Source: the human T2T-CHM13v2.0 reference genome, Homo sapiens
Assembly: GCF_009914755.1 (NCBI RefSeq)
Contig: NC_060927.1
Direction: 5' to 3' (one strand)
DNA: 64,000 nt
Part shown: piece after piece, positions 12,213 to 26,810 of the stretch
Numbering within the stretch: the first letter of the stretch is position 1
Layout of the letters: each line of letters starts with the position of its first letter
Notes under the pieces: generated by a model
Told to the model about the DNA's origin: nothing
The model's input: the letters and a program-made list of their open reading frames with translations, nothing else
Database searches by the model: none
Translations under genes and position numbers: made by a program

Positions 12213-14304
12213 GGGCAAAGATTCTTCTACAGTACCTCTTGGGTCTATGAATGAAGCAGGATGGCCTGGATGTAAATTAAGGATTTCAGTTACGGTGCTG
12301 TTTTAGAGGAGTTCCCTTTGTGATGCCATGTTCGTATCAGGCTCTGGTGACCAAGATGGTGGTGGCGGTGATGATAATGTTTATTATAGTGGCTGCAGTG
12401 TATTCACTGCTTGTACTTCAGGTTCTGTGCAAAGTACATGCCAGGCATTAATCTATGCATTATTCCACAACAGCCTGTGAAGTTGAGACTGTTCTTATGC
12501 TCATTTTGCAGATGACGATACTGAAGCTTAGAAGGCTTGAGTAATTTCCCCCTGGGTGAATAGCTAATGAGAAATGGGAAGAGCTTGGAATTGAGGCTAG
12601 TACTCTCTGACCCCAGAGCCTGGGCTCTGATACCTCATCCTTGCTACATCCTTTCTAGAAGTAGGAAACTCTTGCCTGGACCATTTCAGGGGCCTGTTGC
12701 CTCTCCCTACTTTCCTCCTGTTTCCTCTTTAGCTCTTTTTCCTAGCATGTACCTCACCATTGAAGGTCCATCATCCCTGTTTCTTTGCCTGACTTATATA
12801 CCTCTCAATCTTCAGGACTTCTTTACTCTGGGGTCTCTCCTTCGAATTCTCATAATATTTTGTTCTTATCTTAATCAAAACTCCATGCAGTTTGTGGTCA
12901 GCTAGTTAAGTATTCCAGGGATTCCTAACCTGTGGTCTGAGCAGTCAATCGAGTTTTTTGTGTCTATGCCTGTGTGAATTTTCTCTGAAGTCTGTAGTTT
13001 TCATATGAATCTCAGAAAAGTATTTGACCAAAAAGATCAAGGTGTTTATTGTTTATAGGATCCCCCACCCTCCCATAAGTAATAAGCTCCCAGAGGAAAG
13101 GAGCATATCATATTTATGTTTATTTCCCTAGATGGATATAATAGGATAATATTTTTGGAGTGTTCAGATGAATGAATGTAGTTACTAGTTAGACAATGAG
13201 GTGATATAGCCTGTGGCTTAAGAACATAGGATCTAGATTCCAACTGTGCCTTGGGTTGAATTCCTTCTTTGCAAACCGTTTGGCAAGTGATACAGTCTCT
13301 TAAAGTCTCATTCTCCTTATTGGTAAAAGGGATACTAAAATAATATTAAAGGTAGAAGGTTGTTATTGAAGATTAAAATAAGGTAATGCATATAAAATGC
13401 TTAGCTTGGGAATACATAGCATACCTTCCATAATTAGCTGCTATTATTATTACTTAAGAACCTTTTGAAAGGGGCCAAACAATGAGGTTCTCATGATTTT
13501 CCTAGTGACTATTGCAGAGAAACAAAAACCTGCAAAGGAAAGATTGTTTGCATGCTGCTTTTGAGTCTTAAAGACTTAGAACCGATGTGCTGTCATTAAC
13601 TATGGTGCCAGGTGCAAGGCAGCTACCTCCTTAAAATGTTTTTCTTGGGCATTTCCATTCCCTGTGGCCTTGACCCTGGATAGACAGTGGCTCAGGCTCC
13701 CCAGACAGGCACCCAGAATGCCAGCTAATGGAAATTTTGTGATAGTCTGCCCCTGAGGATTTGGACATATGTTGTTTTGTGTCTAAATCAACAGAAATAA
13801 GTGCAGCTGTAGTTACCCCCTCTGCATAATCATCTAAGTAGCCTGTTTCTTTGCATGCTCATGGAGCCCCCAAGTGCTGGGCCCATCACTTGCCACCCAC
13901 TCTGTGCATTGCAAATGAGTACAGTAGGCCAGATAAAAGGCAGAGGCTGGTTGGGCATCATTGCTGACTTACACAGCAATGATGAATAGTTACACATAGA
14001 TCAAGACATAAAAGTTATTTATAATAGTCTGGTCACCAGGGTCACATTGGCAAGAAGGAACCTTTGGAAAGGTGCTTTGGTTGGATACTTCTGAACTCTG
14101 GCTCATTAATGTGTACCAAATATAGAAAAGTTAGTTTAAAATCTCTTTACAGAAAATATATTATGAGCTGGATTTTATTGACATAGGAATACTGACTTAT
14201 ACTTTTCCTATAGGTTTCTTTAAAGTATGTACCATTTCTTTTTATTATTGGTAATTGTGACCTTGGCTCAGTCATTTGCAAATTTTCTTTTTTTGGTATA
14301 TCTT

Positions 14305-14765
14305 AAAAATGGATAGCACCTTTTATTCATAATTACCCCAAACTGGAAACAGCCTGAATGTCCTTATACTAGTGAAAGGATAAACAAGCTGTGGTTTATC
14401 CATACAATAGAATACTAATTAGCGATAGAAAGGAACAAGCTACCGATACCTGTAGCAATGTGGATGAAGGTCAAATGCACTTGCTAAGGGACAAAAAACA
14501 GACTCAAAAGCCTGAATGCTATATGATTCCATTTATATGACATCCTGGAAAAGGCAAAACATAGAAACAGAAAACTGATAGGTGGTTTCTGGGATTGGAG
14601 ATGGGGGCTGTTTTGACTACAAAGGAGTAGCACAAGAGAGTATTTTGAGGTGATGGAACTGTTCTGTATCTTGATTGTGCTGGTGGTGACATGGCTCTGT
14701 GCATCTCAAAACTCGAACGGAAGGTGAATTTTAGTGTATCTAAATAAAAGTAAAAGAATAAAAAA
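14305..14765 (+). mobile_element. Old L1M 3' fragment
   Basis: TTATTCATAAT...AACTGGAAACAGCC...ATGATTCCATTTATATGACATCCTGGAAAAGGCAAAAC, typical L1M 3' sequence ending in an A-rich tail. Confidence 0.8.
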
Positions 14766-15129
14766 GGAGATGAAAACATTTACCCAATATGCTCACATGC
14801 TCACAAAGAAATGTTGCTTTGAAAAGGCCGATATATGTAATTTAAATTTCATAAATTTAATTTAAACCTCACAAATATTTATTGGTGAGCTGCTATAATG
14901 CAGTGCTTTATGGGAAATCCTAAAGGAAATACTGATCCATGCACTCAGTAATGTAACCATCTCTTTCGGCAAACATATACAAACAATTTTAGGGTGATTT
15001 TAAGATTATAATTATATTATGGGACATTAGAGGAGAAAGAGGCATCTAGATGGGATCAAGGAAGATTGTTAAGAAAGTGAAGAAGGTTTGTCAAGGAATA
15101 GTCTTAAAGAATAGGTAGATTTTTAAAGT

Positions 15130-15785
15130 ATTTTTAGTAAACTTTTAACTGAAATATAATATTCCCACAGAAAAGTATACACATCTTACATGCACTGCCT
15201 GAGGAATTTTCACCAGATAGCTAGCACCCAATCTCTAAGATAGAGCATCACTAGCACCCTTGTGCCTCCTCCTAGTCAACCCCTCTTCTAAGTATAATCA
15301 CTATCCTGACTTCTAACACCATGGATTAATCATGTCTGGGTTTTATTTAACTTCATACAAATGAAATCATACAGCATGTACTCTCATATCTGGATTCTTT
15401 CGCTTAACATTATGTATGTGAGATTTATCCCTTGTTTGTATGTAGCAGTAGTTCATTCTCATAGGATATTCCATTGTATGATTACATCACCATTTATCCA
15501 TTCCACTGTTGATGGGAATTTGGTTTGCCTAGAGTTCTGCACTATTATGAGCAGTGTTGCAATGAACATTATTGCTATATGCTTTTTGGTGAACACACAT
15601 ATAAATTTATCTGGTTTGGGTTAAGAAATGGAATTACTAGGTTATGAGGCATGCACATGTTCAGCTTTTGGTAGATACTGCAAACCATTTTCCAAAAGTC
15701 TTTCTGTGAATTTACACCTTCAGGAGCAGCATCTGAGTGTGCCATTTGCTCTGTTCTTCACCAACATTTGGTAATACATCTCCCT
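15130..15785 (-). mobile_element. Old L1M fragment
   Basis: Antisense L1M-like text (ATTTATCCATTCCACTGTTGATGGG...GCAATGAACATT...AAATGGAATTACTAGGTT); boundaries approximate. Confidence 0.75.
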
Positions 15786-16812
15786 TTCATTTTACTGAAG
15801 AATACGTAGTGTTTTTTTGATAGGGATGGTGAGTGCATGAAGAGTAGTACTCCAGGCAAGAGAACACCCCAAGCAAGAGTGTACAGCTAGAGTTAGAGAA
15901 TAAGTTGTTTATATTGGTTTGAATCATTACAATAGATAAGTCCAGAAGGATAAGTTGGTGCTTGATTGCTAGTCTAAATAAAACATTAAAAAAAAATTCA
16001 TTCATTGTATAGTGATGAACCATTAATTTTGTGACCATAGTTGCCTGAAAACAGCAAAATCGTGCTTTAGGAAGTGTTATCTAGTAGTAGGTGTATAATA
16101 TTTTGGGGGAAGTTGTCAGAACAACCTAGTAGTCCAGGCCAGAGTTTCACCATGTCAGAATATCTGTGAGAACAGAGATGGTGGTTGATAGATAAGATGT
16201 GATAAGCATCTGTTCGGTAGAGGGTTAAGGGGAAGGAAGAGTAAGAGATACCTCTGACCCTGGTGGTACCTTAGCCAATTATGCCAAAATTCACTATTAT
16301 CCTTCTTAATGTCTTTAAAGAGTAGTTTATACTTGCCGTATCCATTTCTTTACTTCCCTATATGGCTTATTTTTTAACTTTTTCATTACTAACAATATTC
16401 AATATTATTATTATTAAATATATCATACATATAGAAAGCAATACCTGTCCGTTTAGTAAAGACCAATAAAATGAATAACCATGTGCCCACCATCCATCTT
16501 AAAAAATAGAACCCTCTGGAAGCCTCATCTTTGAGGCATTCTCCTCTTTACTCCCTACCTAGTTAACCATCATCCTTTTTGTTCTAATCACTCCTTTGCT
16601 TTTCATTACACTTTTAGAATCGTTGACTACATCACTAAACTATGCTTTGAACTTTAAATAAATGGGGTCATAAGGCAAGATTCTATGTGACTTCTTTTTT
16701 CATTCCACATCTGTCTTGATTTTATCCATGTAAAGGCATATCACTCATGTTTACTGATGTGTAGTGATGCATTGTGTTAATATTATTCCTCAGTTTATTG
16801 ATCTCTTTCGTC

Positions 16813-17095
16813 TTTTTTTTTTTTTTTTTGACAAAGTCTCACTCTGTCGCCCAGGCTGGAGTGCAGTGGTGTGATCTCAGCTCACTGCAACCTTCGCCTC
16901 CCATGTTCAAGTGACTCTCCTGCCAGTAGCTGGGATTACAGGTGCACGCCACCACGCCTGGCTAATTTTTGTATTTTTAGTAGAGACAGAGTTTCACCGT
17001 ATTGGTCAGGCTGGTCTCGAACTCCTGACCTCGTGATCCTCCCGCCTCAGCCTCCCAAAGTGCTGGGATTACAGGCGTGAGCCACCGAGCCCAGC
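16813..17095 (-). mobile_element. AluS with ~11-nt internal deletion
   Basis: PolyT plus antisense Alu; CCTGCC^AGTAGC lacks the usual TCAGCCTCCCG; TSD-like TGATC(T/A)CTT. Confidence 0.95.
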
Positions 17096-17242
17096 TGATC
17101 ACTTCCCTCTTAATCATTAATCCCTGGACCCACTGACCCTAATATTGTGGCATATGTGATAGACTGAAGTAAATCATGTATTGTGTCCCATAGACTTAAA
17201 ACTTTTTGTTAATAATTTAATGTTTACAATGAGGTGGAACTA

Positions 17243-17569
17243 CAGTTGTCCTTGGTATCCTTGGGGGATTGGTTTCAGGACTCCTTTGGATACCAAAATC
17301 CATGGGTGCTCAAGTGTCTGATTTAAAATGGTGTAGTATTTTCATATATCTTATGTACATCCTTACATATACTTTAAATCACCTGCAGATTAGTTCTAAT
17401 ACCTGGTACAACATAAATGCCATGTAAGTAGTTGTTATACTATATTGAGTTTTTATTTGTGTTATTTTTTATTGTTGCATTGTTTTTATTTGTTTGCTTT
17501 TTAATATTATTGATCCATGGTTGGCAGAATGTGTGGATGTGGAGCTTATGGATACAGAGGGGCTGACTG
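17243..17569. mobile_element. MER2-like Tigger MITE
   Basis: TA|CAGTTGTCCTTGGTATCC...GGATACAGAGGGGCTGACTG|TA: TIRs and TA target duplication. Confidence 0.8.
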
Positions 17570-17608
17570 TATTTTGTCTTCTGTATGAAAGAGGTGCTTA
17601 TTGTACAA

Positions 17609-17827
17609 TAGAGTTTTCCAATCTGGGCAATATTGACCTTTGCAGCCAGATATTCTTTCTTGTGAAGGCCATACTGTGCATTGTAGGATGTTTAACAGCA
17701 TCCCTGGCCTCTACTCACTAGATGCCAGTAGCACTTGTTTCTCTGTTTGCAAAAACCAAAAATGTCTCTAGACCTGTCAAATGTCCCATGGGGACAAAAT
17801 TGTCCCTTGTTGAGGATTACTCCTCTA
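17609..17827. mobile_element. MER20 (hAT-Charlie)
   Basis: GTGCATTGTAGGATGTTTAACAGCATCCCTGGCCTCTACTCACTAGATGCCAGTAGCAC is the MER20 core. Confidence 0.85.
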
Positions 17828-20800
17828 AAGTATTAAAATTCAGTGAAAAGGCAGTGAGTTACCATGACTGACTGGAGAGAATCACAGAAGTTACCTTCCT
17901 CTTAGTACTTCCCTGCTGCCCCATCCCAGCCCTAGGTTGGTGACTGTGAACAGTGGTATTTTTCTTTTGTCTTTTGGTAGTTGACTTTTACTGGTCCTGG
18001 AGACCAGCCCCCTCATGTTGTAAGCATGTTATCAGTTTTACCCCCCGCCCCCCAGGGACTACTTTTCTGCTCTCATGGTCTACATTCTGCCTACGTGTGA
18101 CTCTCTTTGCCCTAAACCCCTCCTAATCCAGAGGCAGTCTTTATAAGTCCAAGGGAGATGATCATGCTCATTGCATTGCATTTAAAAATTGCTTCCATTT
18201 CCCATAAGCAAAAAAAAAAAAAAAAAAACACTTAAAGAAAAAAAAGTACATATCTTTTTGAAATTGTCAGTTTAAAAATCTATAATAATAAATACATGTT
18301 AATAAAGAAGTTAAATACCAATGAGTTACAAGATTTATATATTTGAAATACACATTTTATAGTATTATTGATACTTTGATATTAATTTAAGCTTAAGAGT
18401 TATAGAAAATGCTAAAATGATAGGGCCTTTTGACCTCTGAAATGAAAATTTAAAACATTTAAAGTATATTTAGTTAGCACACAGCTCTCCCGTAACTTTG
18501 TGTAATGATTTTTTTTTTCAAGTACAACACAAAACCTGCTCACGAATCCCAAAGCATTATAAAGCTGGCTCCATCTAGTGTATGAAGTACTATATAGCTA
18601 ATACTGGGGGAAAAATTGTACTAGGAATCTCTTTTGGTACTTCATTATGAAATTAGATAACAACCAAAACAAAAATGGACTGTAAGCTAAATTTATGTTC
18701 CAGGAGATAACACAGGCCAGAGTGACCTTCACAGCATTAGAGGAGAGGTCTTTATATATCGAAGCATCAACCTGTAGCATGCCTGACATTTTGTTCTGAC
18801 AGCCTTGATTTTTTTTGTTTTGTTTTGTTTTCCCCTGGGCTAGAGGTCTTATTTACAGGCACTATCAACAAACGCAGCATGTAACTTCCATGGTGATATT
18901 CTCAGTCCTACTTGGCCAGCTTCCCACTTTTTCTGTATGGAATCATATCTGAGAGTCATGCTCATTTCCCACAGTTAGTGAGAGATTGGGGCTGGGCTCA
19001 CTTACTGTGATTTCAGAACCCTACATGGTTTTCTTTATCAGACTGAAATTCTTTGTAGCTATTAGCCTCTCACCACAATAGAGTGGGCCACTCTATCGGG
19101 GCTGTGTTTAATCTCGTTTCCACTGAAAGTTTCTAGCACATTCTTTATATCTCTCAATCAATGTTTCCTAAATTTTAGCTATTCTCATGCTAACTTCATT
19201 ACTTTTGCTTGCAAAAACCACATGGAACTTTAAATATTACATGTTTTAAAGGAAATGTTATCATACATGGAAGCCACGAATGGAAATAGGTATTAAAATC
19301 AATATAATGAAATTGAAAGAAAATTGTTAGATTCTTGCTAGGTATATTGTCTGGACCGGCAGGTGTCTGAGGTCTGACCTGTATTGTGAACAAAGGGCAA
19401 GTGTTGAGAGATTGAAGACATATTAGCATCAAACAGAGACTTTCCTTAGATGGAAGAAATTTGAAAGGGCCCTTCTCACTGTGTGATTCCATGCTTAGTT
19501 AATGTGAAGTCTGTACATCTCTATTTGAGATCATCTTGTATCCCACACTTTGGGAACTTTTGCTCAAGATTTACCATGTTTCTCAAAGGAAGCCTATCAT
19601 TCTCCCCCAAATTTCCAAAGACCTTGTTTCCCCTAGAAAGCCTTTTTGAAAAATTATTTCCTTTTTTGAGAACTTTCTTCTTCTATTAAGAAGTATAAAT
19701 TGTGTTGATATGTTGGGTTACTTTTTTTTTCTTCCTTGTAATCTCATATTTTCTTAGTCTCTTTTCTAACTAGATTAAATTATTTGAGGACAAACATTGT
19801 TTCTTTCTAGTAAATGCCATTAATTGAATTCATGCTTGGTATAATATTCAGGGAAGTCTGCTTCATTCTCTGTTTTTTTGTGTGTGTTTTTTGTTCTGTT
19901 TTGTTTTTGTTTTTTTTAAGTCAGATCATCGTTAGAGGTGGCCAAGAGAAGCCATTATGGTCAATTAATTAATCATTTAACCTATTGGTGAATAGTTATT
20001 GAGTGCCTTCTCTGTGTCTGGAATTGTATGTGGTGAAAGAATGAAGTAGTGACCTAAACAGACATGGTTCATGCCTTTATGGAATTCAGAATCTAGTGTG
20101 GGGTACAGACAAGTAAAGAGGCAACTCCAGTGCAAGGTTCTAATTTTAGAATTAGTTTGCTTTTGTGTTCATTGGGTAGATTACAAAAACTTGGAACAGA
20201 GAACCATAGAGAGGAAAGTGTGGGCTCTGGAGTTTCAAACTCCAGACCTGTGGCACATTAACCTCTTGATTTTGCACAGGATACTCATATCTCAATCCCT
20301 GCCCCCCCCAGTTTCTTTCTTTAAATAAAAAAGATTTGTTTAATAATAAACATGGGGTATGATATGCAAATATGAGATACAGTTATCAGTGTGACAATAT
20401 GATAAACAATTCTCCATGTCTCTTCTCTCCTCCTTCCTCTTTTTTCACATAAGGCAGAGACGTGATCTCATGGTTTTTTTTTTTCAAATTTTCATGTTTC
20501 TTTCCCAACACGCTAATAAATGAAAATGCAGTGATCTAGATCAAGTATAGGAACTAAACATGTTTGTTAATGGGAATATCATTGTAGATGGTGTTTAAAG
20601 GTTGCAAATGCATTCAATTTTCACATTGTCTGTTTAAATTAATAAATAATTTGAGCATTCAGCATTACCCCAGAACATTTTTCTCTTAATAATCATGATA
20701 TATCAGTTATGCATCTTAAGCCTATTGAACAGTGCCTGGGACATAGGAGGTGCTCAATAAATATTTGTTTAGTGGATGAATGGATTTTAATAATTTTGAC

Positions 20801-23215
20801 TCTTCCTTCTTTTATTCATGATTTTGTTAACATCTTTTAAAAATGAACCAATATTGTTTGATATTAGGAGCAAGATAAGCTTAAATTATGGTTTATATTA
20901 TTCTCTATATCTGTATTACCAGCCTTACCTGTTATATCTGGCAGGTAATTAATATGTAGTAAATGTTAAGGGGAGAATTTAGTAGTTTTTTTAGGCATTA
21001 TTTTTTTAAGAACACATGACAATATTTTAAGTAAGGATTTAATTTGTCTTTTATATTATTTCATGGTAATATTCATTGGAATTACAGACTATTAATTTAA
21101 AATATTGGTTATTTGAATATTTTACTATCAACATTAATATACACTTTGATTATAGGTAAGACTCCCTAGAGTGTCAATTAGATGCAGAAAGCTAATGTAC
21201 ATTGAGTTTATTATGATTGATTAGAGTTTATTATGATTAATCAACAGACAGGAAGGATTTTTGTGCAAATATTATTTTTCTCATTTTAAATCCTGTTTGC
21301 TCAGCATAACTGTAACAGGATGTCATTAGTATGAGAGTAAGTTTTGAGATGCTTTAAAAGTTTGAGAAATTTGACTGTTAGCAAAAATTTAACATAAGGT
21401 GATTTATTTAGCATAAAGAGGTTTGATTTTTTATAGTTTTACTTATTTAAATACACGACTTCCTGTGTGACTCCTGGGTATGTTTACATAGAAAAAATAT
21501 AAACAAAAATTATGATTGACACACTGAATCAGAGCAGAAGGTTTCCTGGACTAGAATTTGGTTTGTAGCTAAGACAACCACTGAAAAGACAGAGTTTGTT
21601 GTCTACTATCAGAAGTTACAGATACCATCAATATTTAGTCTTTAGTTATGCACTATGAATATATTATTCACAGATTTATCTATACCTTTCCTGAACTTAC
21701 ATGTATTTTGAATCTGGACTACCTCTTAAGATATCAAAATTCAAAACTACCTTAAGCATTGTCTCCAAATAATAACTTTTATTTGCCCTAGAATTTAAAG
21801 TTCTTTGAGGCTCTAAGGGCTGACTTTTCATTACCTAACAATGTTTTGAAATAGAGTCCTCGCTCCTTGTGTCACCTTGATTGAGTGCTATTTTTCTTGT
21901 ACCATGTTAAGTACTTTTCATACTTTATCTCATTCAATCATAGTATTAATCTATGAAATAGGTAGTATTAATATTCCCATCTTATAGATGCAGATCTTGA
22001 GACTCATAAGTCGAATGCCTTACCCAGAGTAAAACTAGGATACGAAGGGTGGTGTGTGTGTCTGCATTGAATCACCACACTATCCTGTCTCCAGTTGGAA
22101 AAATGGTGCCATGTTTATATCCATAGGAGTGACACATTTATTAAATAGCAGACCTCTCAGAAGTTTGCTTCCCACAGGTTGAAACCACTGCCCTGGATCC
22201 TTACCACATCTTATACAAATTGGAGGTTTTGCACACCAGTGACTTCCATACCACCTTCCACAATGGCATCGTTGTCTGCAAGAAACAGTGTCTCTCTACC
22301 TTCTGCTCACTCTTTGGAATACAAACATTTAATTTATATGAATAGACTATAAAATCTAGATGGCAGAATATCCCTGTCTTCTTTATCTCAGTCCCTTCTT
22401 CTGGCTCCTCCTTGGACCAGAATGGATTTAGATGGTCCATGGAACTGCTGATGTCCTGGGATCTCCTAATGAGATGGAATCAAGGGAAGGGTGGGTTCAT
22501 CTCAGCGGCTGTGAGCTTAGCCAAGGTGGTCCATGGAGGCCACTTCTACAGCTGAATTGCATGTTGCTTTAAAATATTATAATACCTTGACTCCTGCTTG
22601 GAAGAAGAAAGAAACTGATGTTGTAGATGAAGATGATGGTGATGCACTCTCCTGTTTCAATCCACAACACCCCTAAAAGATAGGCAGAGACATTCATATT
22701 CTTATTGTCCTTCAATATTTCATAACTTAAAAAAAGTTACTAACAGTAAAATATATGTCCACATTTTTCTTTTTAAATGAGTAAAGAGTTAACCCATAAA
22801 TTGAGATAAAAACACCATGATTTTCAGGTGCTGATGTGGAGATTTTATTTATTGTAAAGTCATCTTGTGAATAACTTTGTCCCCCACACTGATGACGGCC
22901 TTATCTTTTCCTGTTTACTTACCTTGATAAGATAGTAAATTGCATTTTTACTAAATTTCTCATTTAAAAATATTATCAAAGCAGCATAATCTCATCAGTG
23001 TGTTCTCTCCAACTTTGTGTTGTCTCACCTACTCTGTTTATATTCTAGATTGTAGTTTTCTTATTGCAAATACTGGTTGCCATTTATAGATAACAAAGAA
23101 AAGCCTCTACATAACCTTTAATGCAGGAACAAGTATTTATTTTGAGATGAACACTGAGAGAATATCAAAGAGTTTAAGGTAAGGGATTAATCCGTGGTAT
23201 TGATTATTATATTAA

Positions 23216-23572
<357 letters not shown>

Positions 23573-25920
23573 TCACTTTAGACAGAATTTGAGATGCCTC
23601 TTTGTAGACTATATTTTTATCCTCTGGACAGATTCTTTGAAACAGTTTTTAAAAACATTTAATTTTTCCTTCTGGATGTTTGTATAAATATCTTAACCAT
23701 TCTTTAATAATGTTGGGCTGCATCCCAATCAGGTTTATGTGGGGTCATCTTAGTCTCTTCTTTATTTCCCTTTTCAACCTTGAAGGGCTTCCTTGGTTTC
23801 CGGGGACAATGAGCTGTCTTTGAGAGGATGCTGTAATATCACTGTTACAGGCAGATCTGTTCTTGGTAGGAGAAAAAAATAGAAACAGGATGAAAGAGAT
23901 AAACGTGAGTGAGTGCTACTGCACAGTTATTTCTGCAAGTAGGTAGTCATTAAAAATTTTCTTCAGTCATGCTGTGATGGTTTCAAATTAGAGCCGCTGG
24001 ACCAGTTCCTTGCAAATTTGTACCCCAATACTTTCTGCATGAAAGTGAGTTGTGCTCAGCCACTAAAAGCTTGCAAATAAAGAGTACACAGTTGTATATC
24101 CCATTTATGACTATTGACTTTCTTCATAATTAATTAAATGCTACCCTCAAATTATACTTCATAGATCCTTCCTTATCTGACCTTTTTTCATTTTTGTCAG
24201 TCATTCATGCATTCTTCTTTCCTTCTATCCATCTATCCAGCAAATATTTAAATACTTACTATGTGCCAGGCACTGAGAAAAAGGTAAGTACAAGGAACCT
24301 GCCCTTAAGAACACAGGACAAATAGATAAATAAAAGGATTACAAGTTGAATTAAGTGCTATAAAAGAAAGAAGCTTGCTTCAAGAGCACAAAACAAAAGG
24401 AGATGTTTCTTCTTTAGGAAGGATGGTCTGGGAAGACCTCTCTGAGGAAGAAATATAAGACCTGCAAAACATCATCTGCCAGGTCAGGAGGCGCCAGGCC
24501 AGGGAAGGAGTTGCAGAGGAGAGAGAAGAGGGCTCTAGCATTCTGTCCTCCCTGTACCCTCTTCCCATTGGCATGTGAGTGTGAGTCTTGGGTTTCTCTG
24601 GAGTGAACGCCTGGAAAGCAGAGCCTCTTGCATCTTCATCCTTGTCTTCCCCATGGCGCTGAGAACAGTGCCTCTCACACACATGCTGGGAAAACTAATA
24701 AATGTTTGGATTGAAGGGCCTTTCGGTGGCATGTGACTTTTCCCAGAATGTGAGTGTGAGGCCATCTGGACAAAAGAGATGTGTGTGTTACTCTTGAGAG
24801 TACTTTGTGAGTTTCATTATTACTTTGATGAAACTCTTTAATTACCCCACAATAAGGCTTTCATTGAACATTCCACATGGATATTTTAAAGAATTAAAAT
24901 GTATGAGTAACTTCTTTATTCAATAAATAAAAGGAGCTTCCATTCTTGAGTATTTTCCTGCCACTCTTAACAGACCATTTACATAGATAATATTATATAT
25001 AGCTATATATATTATAATGTTATATTATATATTAGTGGTTTCTAGACTTGACTTCACTTTAGACCCCTATGAGAATCATTTTTTAGAAACACAGAATTCT
25101 AAACCATACCCCTGCAGAATCTCACTCACTCATTTGTTTGGGGAAAGATCCTTGAACTTTATACTTCTTAAATCTCCTGTATTTATTTTAAGGAGGTGGG
25201 GTAAGGAGAAGGCTCCTCAAGTGCTTCTGATAGGAAGACAGGTTGGGGAACCATTGGCTGGGATCATAATGAAACATTCCAAGACCAAGTAGATGCTTCT
25301 TAAATTGTGTGTAGTTCATGGGCCAACATAGGACCCAGCACATAGTAAGCTCTCAAGTGTTAACTGTTGTGGGGCTATTGAGTAGAAGTATGAGTTTACT
25401 GGAAAGAAAAATGACTATCAAAAGAAAGAATATAAGAAAATATGGTGTGCTCGGGCTGGGCAATAAAACATTTAATGCCTAAATAAAATAAGAAGAATTT
25501 TGAGCTATGATAAAACAGTAGCATTACTTTTCTTCAGCTAAGTCTTGGACAGGATAACAAGTAAAATCCCTTATCTCTTTTCTAACCTGTTCAAAGCAGT
25601 GATTGAATTTTTCCTTCCAAAAAGATTCTGAAACCCAGTTTAGCTTCCAAGGAAAAAGTTGGCTGTCACTTGGATGGTTGATTACTTTAAATCCCATTTT
25701 AGTTAAGGTTCAGCTTTTAAAGGGTCAGTAAGAATTCTGATGACTGTAGTTGATTTGCTGCAATTTAGGGCAAAGAGTAGTACTTATTATTGCAGAAGCA
25801 CTGGAGTACTGGTGATGTTTTTATTCTGCATTTTGTGCTTAGTTTTTCTGATATTATTTTTTCCTCCCCAACCACACTACAAATTCTTAGTCTGTGTTTA
25901 AACTTAGGATTTGGGTATCT

Positions 25921-25960
25921 CTCTCTATCTCTCTTTCCCTCTGTGTGTGTGTGTGTGTGT
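25921..25960. repeat. (CT)n/(TG)n microsatellite
   Basis: Directly visible. Confidence 0.85.
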
Positions 25961-26661
25961 TCATATGCATATACATATATGTATACAAACTCAGGAAACA
26001 CATCTGAATAGTACAGATGTGCCCAAGACAGTTGCTTACATATTACGTTGATTCATTTTAAAGATATTCATCAAGCCATGGACTGTTTATTCTGCTGAGT
26101 TCTAGGGATACAACATTAAACCAAACGGACATGGTTCTTGATATCCAGAAGACATGTGTTCGTTAATTTGGGTGATGACTTGAGGAGCAGTATTTTAGTG
26201 CTGGGAAATGCACGTAACATCTCATGAATTTTGTATATGGTGGCCTGTGTTCATATTTAAGCCAAGCTTTGGTCCATTTGCTAGTGGACGTTTCATTGCT
26301 GTATCCAAGAAGGTTCCCTTAGAACTGTACTGTAAGGTAGATCTTTCTAAAGTACTGGTGTAAATTGTCAATAGAAATATTTCTTGAGGCGGTGGATTGT
26401 CCAACATAAAAAGTCAGGTGATGTTACTGGCTGAACCTGCCAGGGGAATATTTGGCACCACATTATGTCCCCTTCGGGAAGGGCTGGAATTGATACCATT
26501 GGTTTCGTGATCAATATTTGAGAACTCATGGAGGGTACAGATTTTCCCTGTGTGTGAGCATGTAATAAATCAGAGTTTCAGTTCTAAGATGTACCCGAGT
26601 GCCTTGTAGGTTTACTCAGCTTTAAATAGTGCCTAAGGTGAGAGAGAAAATCTGGCTTGAA

Positions 26662-26810
26662 CTTTTATTTATTTTATTTCATTAAAATTTATTTTTAAGA
26701 GATGGGGTCTCCATTGCCTGGGCTGGTCTTGAACTCCTGGTCTTAAGCAAACCTCCCACTTCAGCCTCCCAAGTAGCTAGGATTACAGGCATCTGCCACC
26801 GTCCCTGGCT
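26662..26810 (-). mobile_element. FLAM / Alu monomer
   Basis: T-rich tail plus a single antisense Alu monomer (GAGATGGGGTCTC...GATTACAGGCATCTGCCACC). Confidence 0.85.
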